From: Candidatus Thorarchaeota archaeon
GTDB lineage: Archaea > Asgardarchaeota > Thorarchaeia > Thorarchaeales > Thorarchaeaceae
DNA length: 63,836 bases
Reading direction: 5' to 3'
NCBI GenBank assembly: GCA_003345595.1
Contig: PRDI01000110.1
Coordinates: 1 to 63,836, forward strand
Shown here: piece after piece, positions 38,927 through 48,200 of the stretch
How the letters are laid out: every line of letters begins with the position of its first letter
Numbering within the stretch: the first letter of the stretch is position 1
The notes under the pieces: generated by a model
Seen by the model: only the letters and a program-made list of their open reading frames with translations
What the model was told of the DNA's origin: nothing
Database searches by the model: none
Program-made: the position numbers and the translations under genes

Positions 38927-39211
38927 TCAGCCTAACATTGACTTGCAACTGCTACACGGCGTAGCAAATTCATCAAGTTTTGTCACTGTGGACATTTTGC
39001 ATTGTCCTACACTGGTAGTTGTCGAGTTGAAATCTGTGTTGGATATGGCATGATCTTCAAACATCTTAAGAAGCGCTTGTTTTATTCCTATTCCATGCCT
39101 GCTCTTTTTAACACAAGCAGGGCTGCAATAAAAAAATATCTTTTCCCTGAAAATAGTTATTGTGACTTTTGCACCTTTTTCTGACTCTTTACCGCAAACT
39201 GTGCATTTCAT
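38927..39211 (-). CDS. TRASH/YHS-like zinc-binding small protein that reads through the attC-like site
   Basis: CTVCG...FFYCSPAC; GGAGGAG RBS. Confidence 0.55.
   Translation of the reverse strand: MKCTVCGKESEKGAKVTITIFREKIFFYCSPACVKKSRHGIGIKQALLKMFEDHAISNTDFNSTTTSVGQCKMSTVTKLDEFATPCSSCKSMLG
38930..39044 (-). mobile_element. attC-like site A (115 bp)
   Basis: ATCCAAC (RYYYAAC)-ACAGA-TTTCAACT...AGTTGCAA-GTCAAT-GTTAGGC (GTTRRRY). Confidence 0.55.
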
Positions 39212-39241
39212 CTTCTCCTCCTACGAAGAAACTCCGGTGGA

Positions 39242-39727
39242 CTACTCAAGGACACTCTTAGAATCTTCAAAGCATTGATTCTCCTTGTCCATCTCAGCCA
39301 AGATCTGCATCTGCACCTCGTCGACGAACTGCTGAAAATACTCATCAATAGCCTTCCAGACAATCGGCACACCCTGAATCTGACTACGATTCTTAATGAT
39401 ATTTTGACGGCAGAAGATCCAGGCTTCCACGGCGATACTAAGAGAGTACTTCTTAATCACTTTCAAGCCAAGCTTGCGACTCCTGATAACGATTTGTTGT
39501 TTCCAGTCGTCAAAAAGCTTCATAATGATCTCCTCAGTAACCGGGGAGCAAATAACTTCTCCATCGGCGATGCCTTCATTAACACGGTACTCGTCAAAAC
39601 GCTTCTTAGCCTCGGCAAAAACCTCGGAAGACAACGCGTAGATCGGCTGGAGAAGGTCTTTAATTGCCTCTTGGACCTTGAGCAATCGCTTCCTCGCTTG
39701 GTTCTTCTTCAAACTTTTCCTGTCCAT
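39242..39727 (-). CDS. Hypothetical protein
   Basis: GGAGG RBS before MDRKS. Confidence 0.6.
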   Translation of the reverse strand: MDRKSLKKNQARKRLLKVQEAIKDLLQPIYALSSEVFAEAKKRFDEYRVNEGIADGEVICSPVTEEIIMKLFDDWKQQIVIRSRKLGLKVIKKYSLSIAVEAWIFCRQNIIKNRSQIQGVPIVWKAIDEYFQQFVDEVQMQILAEMDKENQCFEDSKSVLE

Positions 39728-40452
39728 TCTGTTCCTCCTGACCGTCTTTCTTGCCACACTTGTTTCATCTTAATAGAAATCTTGTCTTTGATTTCTTTAG
39801 ATTGTGTCCTACCTACATGTTGCCCAGCATACTCAGGTAACTTTCGCCCTTTCATTTTTCTACGCTGTTGTTCTTTTTGTTCTTCGGTTCGTATCTTTCC
39901 TTTATTTGCAATCCCAATCTTTCTTCGTGTCTCATCAGATGTTATATGTCCCTTAAGAGATTTTGCTCTTTTCTGTACAACTTCATTGGGTTGTTTTCTT
40001 CCTCTCAAAATAGTACTCATTTTCTTTCCATATTCTTCGGGGTAAATACGTCCCTTATTTGCAACACTAATTTTCTGTCTTGTCTCAATGGATGTTATAT
40101 GCCCTTCAAGAGCTGCTCCTATTTTTCTTTTCGTTTCTCCTGACAATTTATTTCCTGCTGTATTTCCATCTCCACCCATCGTCAAATTATAACCAAACTG
40201 GGGATCAAACGACTTATAGAACTGGATCCAGTACTTTTCCTTCTCGTTAAGTTCTTGTTTGGACTCAGCTTGATCAATCACTTGCCAGTCAAAGTTCCCG
40301 ACGCCATACTTTCGAAGAGCATTATGAAAATAAACTCTACTCCCTCGCTTTGCATCATACAAATGATAATACTTACGCGCATTCAACGACATACATGTTT
40401 TCCCGATATAAAGCATACCAGTACAATAACAAATAACTTTATATATTATCAT
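39709..40452 (-). mobile_element. GIY-YIG homing endonuclease with NUMOD3 repeats
   Basis: IIYKV..LYIGKT..R..H; GYNLTMGGDG; repeated (H)xSxETRxKIS; AT-rich. Confidence 0.9.
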
Positions 40453-41092
40453 TATTTTCTACCTTGTCATTAACATCTGACTCTACAGGTTCCGGTTCTA
40501 CTATTACTAAGTCCTCCAAAAGGGCCATCTCGTCTAGCCTGTCGCGCAGTTTCTTGATATCTAGACTCGTCTCAACCTTGGCTGCTGCCTTAGCCTCACC
40601 GCCCAATGCACTTGTGGAGGCTACGGCCCTGGCCTCCGCAGTCACCCTCAAGTTGAGGGTTCCTTCAACATCGACACCCAGGACATTCATAATTGTCTTC
40701 CTGATGACATCAGCATTCTTATCCGTGATATCCATATCTAAGAGCTCATACAACTTCTGGAAAGCTTTCGTCTCGAGAAGCTTCATCCTCTCCATCAAAA
40801 CGAGATTCTGCTTCCGCCGAATAATTAAATAATACTTAAGAATCTTCGGGTTCTTCTTCCACTCGGCAATCCGTGTATCACTGACATGGAAAATCCTCCC
40901 CCAGTCAGCGTTCGTCCTGAACTCCGTAGCCCATCGGAAGGCAAACATCCGATGCTTCTCAGGAAGAAGAGGGAGCTCAGGGTCGTCTTGGGAGTAAACG
41001 GACGCGAAAATCTTCTCCATCTTCTCCCTGAAAACTGGTGTCGTATCCGGCGGCTGATCCAGCGGGGTCAAGTCTTTGCTCTCTGCCATCAC
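40439..41092 (-). CDS. Probable terminase small subunit (HTH)
   Basis: HTH-like RIFHVSDTRIAEWKKNP followed by helical AFQKLYELLD; upstream of TerL. Confidence 0.55.
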   Translation of the reverse strand: MMAESKDLTPLDQPPDTTPVFREKMEKIFASVYSQDDPELPLLPEKHRMFAFRWATEFRTNADWGRIFHVSDTRIAEWKKNPKILKYYLIIRRKQNLVLMERMKLLETKAFQKLYELLDMDITDKNADVIRKTIMNVLGVDVEGTLNLRVTAEARAVASTSALGGEAKAAAKVETSLDIKKLRDRLDEMALLEDLVIVEPEPVESDVNDKVENNDNI

Positions 41093-41478
41093 ACACCTTC
41101 GAGGTTCAACAACTTCAAGAGCCTTCTGGTCTTGGCAACGTCTAAAACGATGACTCCCTCCTTTACCCGATCATCCATAGTGAGGTTCACGAGGAACTCA
41201 CACTGAGTATAGGTGTCTCCCTTGTCCGCGGAGAGCGATTTCATGATCGTGATCTCGAGCTCACCTCGGACATCAATCACGCGCGGAGGGCGATCAGGCT
41301 TCGCTTCAGCCTCCGACTTCGTCTGCTGAGACGACTCCTCCGGCTCCGGTGGAGCTTCCTGCTCCGGCAAGGAGGGCTTTTTCCCCGAGTTCAAGCGATC
41401 CACTGTCTCTTGATAGCTGTCCAACATATTTCTTCTCCAATGTAACGCACTTGTAAGCTGAGAGATCACGACCGGCAT
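41089..41478 (-). CDS. Hypothetical protein
   Basis: ORF; start uncertain because it overlaps the upstream ORF. Confidence 0.5.
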   Translation of the reverse strand: MPVVISQLTSALHWRRNMLDSYQETVDRLNSGKKPSLPEQEAPPEPEESSQQTKSEAEAKPDRPPRVIDVRGELEITIMKSLSADKGDTYTQCEFLVNLTMDDRVKEGVIVLDVAKTRRLLKLLNLEGV

Positions 41479-41725
41479 ACTGGAGACCCTTTCGCTTCAG
41501 GTCGGTCTTGAGCCAGCGATGGAAAGCGTTAGCCTTCAAGGAAATCCGCTTCTTTTTCTTGCAGTTCATCGACTTGTTAACCTTCGCCGCAACCTTTATC
41601 CCCTTAACATCCACCTTCCGGCAGAGCTCAGAATCAACGAAGTATGCCCCAGCCAGGCAGAAGGGAGCAACGCCTTTCACGACCATCAAGTAGGCACACT
41701 TGTTACAGACGACTTTCGCTTTCAT
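41306..41725 (-). CDS. Cys-rich basic hypothetical protein
   Basis: CNKCAY..C..C pattern. Confidence 0.5.
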   Translation of the reverse strand: MKAKVVCNKCAYLMVVKGVAPFCLAGAYFVDSELCRKVDVKGIKVAAKVNKSMNCKKKKRISLKANAFHRWLKTDLKRKGLQYAGRDLSAYKCVTLEKKYVGQLSRDSGSLELGEKALLAGAGSSTGAGGVVSADEVGG

Positions 41726-41728
41726 CCT

Positions 41729-42277
41729 TCACCTCGCATTTATGATTCGGAGCGCATAGGCATCCGTCTCGTCTGGGATCGTTTTGACGTCCCCATGATT
41801 GTAGTAGCAGAGCGCCAAGTACCAAGTACCAAATCGTCTGTGTAGCGCTGCCAAATACGTCAACGCCACTTCTGCATTGTCCCTCGGATCATAAATGTCA
41901 AATGAATACTTTCGATGCCAATAGGTATCCAACAACCATTCAATATTTGAAGGTCGGTCGTACAACTGGAACAGACCTCGCGAAGAGTAACCTTCTATCG
42001 TAAGCTTACTAACAGCTGTCGGGATTCTATCTGATTCCTCGATCATCAACTGCCTCGTCACTGAAGCCGGTATCCCCTTGCTCAAACCGTAGTTGATAAC
42101 CCACTGCTCAGTCTCGGCATCAATGGTCTGCCCCCAGGCAAAGAAAGCTACAAACAAAAGAAGAGGAAGGAGAAGCTTACGAAGGAGCTTCGCGGGGGTT
42201 TGTACCTTTCGGTTTTGTTCCGCGGAACTTGAGGTGAACGCTTCCGTGGGTCGTACAACGCGCCTCATACCCAGCAC
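41729..42277 (-). CDS. Lytic transglycosylase (SLT) with N-terminal signal/TM segment
   Basis: IEES, SRGLFQL, DPRDN..YL, ALCYYNHG; hydrophobic LLLPLLLFVAFFAWG. Confidence 0.85.
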   Translation of the reverse strand: MLGMRRVVRPTEAFTSSSAEQNRKVQTPAKLLRKLLLPLLLFVAFFAWGQTIDAETEQWVINYGLSKGIPASVTRQLMIEESDRIPTAVSKLTIEGYSSRGLFQLYDRPSNIEWLLDTYWHRKYSFDIYDPRDNAEVALTYLAALHRRFGTWYLALCYYNHGDVKTIPDETDAYALRIINAR

Positions 42278-42333
42278 TTCGTTTACTTCTCCTTCCCCAA
42301 TTTACCCAGTTCTATTTCTAGCCAAGTACACGA

Positions 42334-42828
42334 TCACTTCAAGCCCCTTAATAAGTTCTCAAAGGAAGTCCACTCAAGAATAACAATCGGCTCCATCAAA
42401 GCTTTTCGTTTATGCACAATCATCCAAGAAGTGCCGTCCTTCTGGTTGGCCCTAACCTGCTCGATAGTCTTTATCAGCTCAAAGGTCTCAGCCGACTTGC
42501 ACTCGACTGTGAACGGGAACTTTTTCTGTGCCTCGATCGTGCGCAGAACGATGTCACTTCCAGATTGACCCATCTCGCGCGAGTGGACCGGGCAGAGATC
42601 ATCCGACTGGACGAACTTCACGCCCAGGATGACACCAATCTTCTCGCAGACCCAGTATTGAAGACCTCGTCCTTTGCTCTTAGCCGACTGGACTGTGATC
42701 TTCTTCGTCGCCCTGACCATCCGCTTGTACAGGACTTCGACTTCCTTCGGCATCAGTTCGGACTTGAAGCAATCATCGATGATGTTGATGAGGGTGTGGA
42801 GTTCTTTGTTACTGAGGCTGGTCGGCAT
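42334..42828 (-). CDS. Holliday junction resolvase-like PD-(D/E)XK nuclease
   Basis: SAKSKGRGLQ, MGQSGSDI, FTVECK. Confidence 0.75.
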   Translation of the reverse strand: MPTSLSNKELHTLINIIDDCFKSELMPKEVEVLYKRMVRATKKITVQSAKSKGRGLQYWVCEKIGVILGVKFVQSDDLCPVHSREMGQSGSDIVLRTIEAQKKFPFTVECKSAETFELIKTIEQVRANQKDGTSWMIVHKRKALMEPIVILEWTSFENLLRGLK

Positions 42829-43039
42829 GCTCCCTCCTCGCCACTTCTTTAGATATGGATTCCATAAAGAGATCCATCCCCATCATCGTAAAGTAGTCCA
42901 AGGTCCTTGGATCAATCTGCGAGGACTCTCTCATCGCTCGGAGTACGTCCGGCGATTTCACCTTGTGGGCCAGGCCGTGGATATAAGCAATCCACGTCTT
43001 ATAAAGCTCCCGCTCATCGACGCCAAAGTCCTGAATCAT
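42809..43039 (-). CDS. Hypothetical protein
   Basis: ATGA overlap with the recA stop. Confidence 0.5.
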   Translation of the reverse strand: MIQDFGVDERELYKTWIAYIHGLAHKVKSPDVLRAMRESSQIDPRTLDYFTMMGMDLFMESISKEVARREHADQPQ

Positions 43040-44223
43040 TCGGCGTACTTCTTCGGGCGATCTGACTTGACTGCATCCTCGATCAATTCCCACTTAGTCT
43101 TGACCCTCTCGCTAAGTTCGGCTTGCTTACCGTTTGCCTCGATCCAGTTAATTAGCTCGCCGCGGCGCATTGACACTCCGAACTCAGCCTCGAACTGCTC
43201 CTTCAGACCTGCTTCACCGACGATCCATTCGGTGATCTTCCGAACACCTTCTAAATTATATTGCTTTTTGGCGATCTTAAAAAGCTCTTCTTTTTCCGAG
43301 CCTTGGACTTTGATGAACTCAACGAGCGCCTTCGGAGTCACCTCCTTCGCGTTCTCCGACCACTGAAGTGACTCTGACGACGAGCGCATCTCGCCTTTGT
43401 CGGTTCTGAGGTCGTAGAGGAAGTCGAGGTTTGAGCCGACGTTGTCCAGCCCGTAGTCGAAGAGTAGGGTGAAAAAGCAATTGCGGAACGGTCTAGGGGT
43501 CTTCGACTTCTTAGTCATCGCCTTGACTACTACGCCTACAACTCGGTCCTTACGAATGACCTTCTGCGCCGTCGAGAGCCAGAGGGCGGTGTGGGCATAG
43601 AAGTCAAGAGCACGACCGCCGGAACGGGTTTGCTCATTGAACATCGAATCGATCTTGTCCCGGACCTGAGAGACTACAACCAGGAGGACCTTCTTGTCCT
43701 CCGTCATAGCCGTGAGCTCCTTGAAGAACTCCTGAGAGAGAAACTTCGCGGACTCCATCTGATAAGAGCCCTTGACTGCAGCGGCACCTTTCGACTTGAA
43801 GGTCTTAAACCGCTCCTCCGCCCGGTCATGTATTTGCTGAGACGAAAGGCCGTCCAGAGTGTCCAAAACATAGATCCCGACCTCGTCGTCTTCTAGCGTT
43901 CCGAGGAATTCGCGGAAGTTGCAGGACCACTCCTCAACTGTCCTCGACTTGACTCTCTTGTCCTCGTCGGGGATGATCTTGAAACCGTAAAGAGCTTCGG
44001 TGTCAAAGGTGAACCCAGACTCCGCGTCGTCGTATATCCACTTAAGCTTATCCTTCCACTTATGGTATGCAGCGGCGATGAGCTCGCAGGTCAGAAAGGT
44101 CTTTCCACTCGACTTGTCACCGACAATGTTAATCACCCTACCAGCAGGGTAGCCAAACCTCTGCCCGCCACCGACCACCAGGTCGAGGAGGTCTGATCCA
44201 GTCGAGAAGGTTTCTTCATTCAT
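43036..44223 (-). CDS. recA: RecA/UvsX-like recombinase
   Basis: STGSDLLDL, GDKSSGKT, SQVRD, GGRALDFYA. Confidence 0.88.
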   Translation of the reverse strand: MNEETFSTGSDLLDLVVGGGQRFGYPAGRVINIVGDKSSGKTFLTCELIAAAYHKWKDKLKWIYDDAESGFTFDTEALYGFKIIPDEDKRVKSRTVEEWSCNFREFLGTLEDDEVGIYVLDTLDGLSSQQIHDRAEERFKTFKSKGAAAVKGSYQMESAKFLSQEFFKELTAMTEDKKVLLVVVSQVRDKIDSMFNEQTRSGGRALDFYAHTALWLSTAQKVIRKDRVVGVVVKAMTKKSKTPRPFRNCFFTLLFDYGLDNVGSNLDFLYDLRTDKGEMRSSSESLQWSENAKEVTPKALVEFIKVQGSEKEELFKIAKKQYNLEGVRKITEWIVGEAGLKEQFEAEFGVSMRRGELINWIEANGKQAELSERVKTKWELIEDAVKSDRPKKYAE

Positions 44224-44614
44224 CGAGGGGTATTCTCTCCTTCACTCTTCGTCGACGCTCGTATGAGAGCTCACTGACATAGATTGTCTTCTTCGGCCCC
44301 ACCTTGATTGTCTCAACGCCCCAGTCCTTGATCCGCTGATAGACAATGGATAAGTTAAGGTTCACTTTCTTCGCCAACTCAGCGACAGACAAATACCCGG
44401 GTGGGGCCTGAAGGTTCTTCTGCATCAAGAACTTGCTTAAACCCGCCCGACTGAACTGCCAGTGGTACCCATCGAGTGATTTCGTCATAAAGCCGAACCG
44501 GAGGCCCTGGTAATAGAGGGCAGCCGAGGACGTCGACCACCCCCTGAAACGACAGAAGCGGAGTGCATCTGCCGTTGTCAAGACCTCCTTGTCAGGGAAG
44601 TCAGATCCTTTCAC
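44216..44614 (-). CDS. HTH DNA-binding protein
   Basis: YLSVAELAKKVNLNLSIVYQRI. Confidence 0.55.
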   Translation of the reverse strand: MKGSDFPDKEVLTTADALRFCRFRGWSTSSAALYYQGLRFGFMTKSLDGYHWQFSRAGLSKFLMQKNLQAPPGYLSVAELAKKVNLNLSIVYQRIKDWGVETIKVGPKKTIYVSELSYERRRRVKERIPLDE

Positions 44615-45726
44615 TTCTTCGCCTTCTTCGTCGCTTCGAGGGCGTCTCCGCATCGGTCCCAGACCTTGCACTTCGAGCACTCAGGCTTCTTGTCCCAATC
44701 ATCCGGGAACTTGTAGCCGGCCGGGCAGGTGTCACCCTTCGGCTCGTCCTTCGGCTTCTCCTCCCTAGGCTCGTCCCTGCGGCGATCTTGGTCGCGGTCG
44801 CGCTCCCTGGGCCGATCGTCGTCCCTGCTCGGCCTGTGGTCATCCTCCCGATCGCTCCCGCGCTCGCGATCATCGTCCCGGTTGGACCTGTTAGGCCGCT
44901 CGTCCTGCTCCTCGCCCCTGCCTCGACCAGACTCGCCGCGCTCTTCCTCTTCCTCATCATCATCCTGCCCGTAGACGGCACTCTGCATGTCGTCGTAGGA
45001 CATGACAGTCAACGCCTCGTCCAGGGAGATAACCTCGCTCTGGATATCGCGGGGGAGAGACTCGTCGCGGGTCTCGAACGAGAAGGACTTGAACTCCAAA
45101 TACTCGTTCTGGCCGAGCTTGGTCATCGCCCCACGGAAGGAGATGACTTTCCCGTTCTCAACGCCGAGGTCCACACGGCCGTTTTCATCCTTACGGAGGA
45201 AGTCGACTGCGAAATCGACAGGCTCACCGCCGACACCGGAGGCAATGGCTTCCTCGATGAGCTCGTGCTCGAAGAGGTAATGAGAGGTGGAGAAGATCAT
45301 CACGCCCTTCTCAGGCGAACGGGCGTCAAGAACGTTGTAAACAACACGCCTGGAAGCCTTGGCGGCCTTATACTCCTCCTCCTTCCCGGCCTGTCGATAC
45401 TCCTCGGCGAGCTCGCAACACGGGCAAGGCTTGTTGTAGTTCTTCTTCAGACAGACAAAGTCTTGGTCTCCACCGCCAAATCGTTGATGAACCCAGACGT
45501 CCATCACATAGTCATAGTCGCCGATCTTCCAGCGACCCTTGGCGACGAGGGGGTGCTTCTTCGTCTTGATCGGGAACGATAGGATGATGAGACGGTTCCT
45601 CGCCTCCTTAGCCTTGTAAAACTTGGTCTCGGAAGGGAAGCTGAATGGGCCGTTGCTGCCCCCTGAGTCCTTCGTCCTAGCCGACTCTGCATACCTGTTC
45701 TTGAGACTGCTGCTAGAGGTCTTCAT
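44611..45726 (-). CDS. Single-stranded DNA-binding protein (gp32-like)
   Basis: H..FVCLKKNYNKPCPCCE, YNVLD, long acidic tail. Confidence 0.75.
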   Translation of the reverse strand: MKTSSSSLKNRYAESARTKDSGGSNGPFSFPSETKFYKAKEARNRLIILSFPIKTKKHPLVAKGRWKIGDYDYVMDVWVHQRFGGGDQDFVCLKKNYNKPCPCCELAEEYRQAGKEEEYKAAKASRRVVYNVLDARSPEKGVMIFSTSHYLFEHELIEEAIASGVGGEPVDFAVDFLRKDENGRVDLGVENGKVISFRGAMTKLGQNEYLEFKSFSFETRDESLPRDIQSEVISLDEALTVMSYDDMQSAVYGQDDDEEEEERGESGRGRGEEQDERPNRSNRDDDRERGSDREDDHRPSRDDDRPRERDRDQDRRRDEPREEKPKDEPKGDTCPAGYKFPDDWDKKPECSKCKVWDRCGDALEATKKAKK

Positions 45727-46238
45727 TTCTTCTCCTCTCCTTCTTTTCTGTTGTTGAGGTTGCCCCTGAGACGTTCCGAAGCCTCATCCGCGCCCGTCCG
45801 AGGTGTCCCGGCGTCGGACATGTAGTACCCCCTGGACCAGAGCACGACAAGGTTGTCGAGCCCCGACTTCTTGTGCCCCATCGAGTTGACGATGCCCTCG
45901 ATACGGTACTTCCACTTCTTCGCCTTCCGAAGCTTCTCCTTAGCCTTATCGACCTCGTCGTCCTTAGCCACCAGAGCCTTGATTGTCGAGTCAGTGACCT
46001 TGACTCCTTCAGGCGGACTGTCCCGGAGCTTCATCTCGACCACACCCAGGACCTTGTCGAGTGCGTCGTCGGCTTCGTCCTCGGAGTCTTTCGCTTCGGC
46101 GAGGAGATCGGAATAGTAAAGGTACAAGGTCGACTGACGAGCACACTCCTCGTCGAGCTTGTACTTATTGATGCGAACGTCTCGCTGAACACTCTCGAGC
46201 TCGGCGAGGAGCTTCTCTTCCTGACTGTCCATGATCAC
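45723..46238 (-). CDS. UvsY-like recombination mediator
   Basis: Coiled coil with KVTDSTIKALV..D; upstream of SSB and RecA. Confidence 0.65.
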   Translation of the reverse strand: MIMDSQEEKLLAELESVQRDVRINKYKLDEECARQSTLYLYYSDLLAEAKDSEDEADDALDKVLGVVEMKLRDSPPEGVKVTDSTIKALVAKDDEVDKAKEKLRKAKKWKYRIEGIVNSMGHKKSGLDNLVVLWSRGYYMSDAGTPRTGADEASERLRGNLNNRKEGEEKK

Positions 46239-46248
46239 TCCTTCAACT

Positions 46249-46281
46249 TATTATTGGTCTTCACCGCCCCAAGTTTGAAAA
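46249..46281 (-). promoter_or_regulatory. Conserved phage promoter-like motif, copy 1: TTTTCAAACT-N10-AAGACCAATAATA
   Basis: Identical boxes and spacing to 57423-57455; directly before a GAAGGAG RBS. Confidence 0.65.
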
Positions 46282-47004
46282 TTACTTGAAGACCAACGGA
46301 CTGTATGTCGCAGCGCCAATGGTGTCAACGCCTTCCACCTTCTTCACCGTGGCAACGACTTTGTAAGTGAGGGGTGTGAACACAATCTCGATTCCACACT
46401 TGAATACCCACTGCCAAAAGATCATCATCAGTACTGCCCCGAACGGCATAGTCCCAAAGAAACCGATGATAACAAATAGTATAGAATCAAGGCCTTCGCC
46501 CACGATGGTCGAGCCGATCGTCCTCATCCAGAGGTGTTTGTGATTCGGATCCCACTTGATCATCCACTCCTTCATCCTTGCCAAGACGTAGGAGTTCATG
46601 AACTCACCAACCCAGTATGCTATCAGGGAGGCGAGGACAATCCTCGGAACAGAGCCGAGCACAGTGACGAGCGCTTCCTGGTTCTTCCAGAACACAGGCG
46701 CCGGCAGAGAGATAGCCAACCAAAAGGCAAGGACCATCAGGATGTTGGCCGCAAAGCCGAGCCAGATCATCCGCCTAGACCTCGCATAGCCGTAGACCTC
46801 CGTGAGCACATCGCCGAAAATGTAGGACAGGGGAAATAGGAAGACTGCGGCGGTTAGGACTATAGGCCCCACCGCAATCAGCTTGACAGCGATGATGTTC
46901 GACAGGAGCAGAAGCGCGACGAAGGCGGCGAGAAAAACGTCGTAGAGCTTAAAGCCCTTCGCGCCGATCTTGTCGACTTCCTTGAAACTCTTCATTAAGT
47001 CCAT
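46282..47004 (-). CDS. yhhQ: Queuosine precursor (preQ0/preQ1) transporter, YhhQ/Vut_1 family
   Basis: SNIIAVK, FPLSYIFGDVLTEVYG, PRIVLASLIAY, RTIGSTIVGEGLDS. Confidence 0.9.
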   Translation of the reverse strand: MDLMKSFKEVDKIGAKGFKLYDVFLAAFVALLLLSNIIAVKLIAVGPIVLTAAVFLFPLSYIFGDVLTEVYGYARSRRMIWLGFAANILMVLAFWLAISLPAPVFWKNQEALVTVLGSVPRIVLASLIAYWVGEFMNSYVLARMKEWMIKWDPNHKHLWMRTIGSTIVGEGLDSILFVIIGFFGTMPFGAVLMMIFWQWVFKCGIEIVFTPLTYKVVATVKKVEGVDTIGAATYSPLVFK

Positions 47005-47019
47005 TCAAAAACCTCCTTA

Positions 47020-47961
47020 CTACCCTCTCCCGAGGGTCATACTCTGATAAGCCGCTAGTGTCAACCCTGCCTTCCCAGAATCGTAGAAGGGCTGGGAGAA
47101 GCACTCGACAATCAACGCTGCCCTCGAGTTCTCCCTCCCTTGTAAGAGAATCGAGTTAGCATACCCCAGCACCTGGTAACGGATCTTCTCGAAATCTGAC
47201 TCCTCCTCATAGACGCCCTTGAGAGTATCCGCTACATCCCCCCAGGTTCCGTCTTTCTTCATGAGTGCCCGACAGAGGTCGAGCGTTTTCCCCTCCTCCA
47301 TCTCGAGGTCCGACGGATTCGAGCGGAGGAGCTTGAGAGCTTGTTCCTTATCGAGCTTCGCCACCTTCTCCAGGGCGACGAGTGCGGCTCGGGCGGAGCC
47401 TTGGCAGGCGTCGACGATCTCCTCGGACACCTCCGGGAGCAGCTCGATGTTCTCCTCTCGGACTGTCCGCTTCAGGAGGAGGGAGATGTATCGGGGTTCC
47501 AAGGACGAGAACTGGATCTCCGAGCACCGCGTCTTGATCGGCTTGATCAGCTTCTCGGGGTTCGTGGTGCAGAGGAAGAAGTAGACGTGCTCCGGCGTGT
47601 CCTCGAGGGGCTTCAACATCGCGTTCTGGAAGTCCTTCGACGTCATATGCACCTCGTCGATGATCCAGACCCAGATCTTCCCTTGAAAGGGGAAGGACTG
47701 CATCTGCGAGATGATTCCTCGAGCGGTGTCGATGCCTCTGTTGTTCGCCGAGTTGACCTCGATCAGGGCAAGGTCATCGACGCCGAGCTTCTTCGCGAAG
47801 ATGCGCGCCGCCGTGGTCTTCCCGCACCCGCTAGGCCCGGTGAACAGGAAGGCGTGAGAACGTTCTGGGTTGGCCAGAGCGTCGTTGAGGGTCTGGATGA
47901 CCTCCTTGTTGCCGAGCATGTCCTCGAAATTCTGCGGCCTGTACTTGTGATAAAGACCCAT
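47020..47961 (-). CDS. DnaX-like clamp loader AAA+ ATPase
   Basis: LYHKYRP, GPSGCGKTT, IIDEVH, LKPLED, IKTRC. Confidence 0.88.
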   Translation of the reverse strand: MGLYHKYRPQNFEDMLGNKEVIQTLNDALANPERSHAFLFTGPSGCGKTTAARIFAKKLGVDDLALIEVNSANNRGIDTARGIISQMQSFPFQGKIWVWIIDEVHMTSKDFQNAMLKPLEDTPEHVYFFLCTTNPEKLIKPIKTRCSEIQFSSLEPRYISLLLKRTVREENIELLPEVSEEIVDACQGSARAALVALEKVAKLDKEQALKLLRSNPSDLEMEEGKTLDLCRALMKKDGTWGDVADTLKGVYEEESDFEKIRYQVLGYANSILLQGRENSRAALIVECFSQPFYDSGKAGLTLAAYQSMTLGRG

Positions 47962-47972
47962 ACATATCCTCC

Positions 47973-48200
47973 TTACCAATCTCGATTTTCTACGGACCGC
48001 CGAATGTTAACGATCGCCTTCCTCTGCCCAGGCGTGACTGACTTGTTCTCCACGATGTGGTCACGGATGCCCTGGATTGTGTCTGAGGCGAAGTCATAAT
48101 CGTCGTCGAAGAGCATCTTGTCACACTGGTCGAGAATGGTTCTCCACTCTTCCTCTTCGGCCTGGTGCTCATCGACGGCTTCTTGCAACCGCTTGTTCAT
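47973..48200 (-). CDS. Hypothetical protein
   Basis: ATGA overlap with the polymerase stop. Confidence 0.55.
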   Translation of the reverse strand: MNKRLQEAVDEHQAEEEEWRTILDQCDKMLFDDDYDFASDTIQGIRDHIVENKSVTPGQRKAIVNIRRSVENRDW

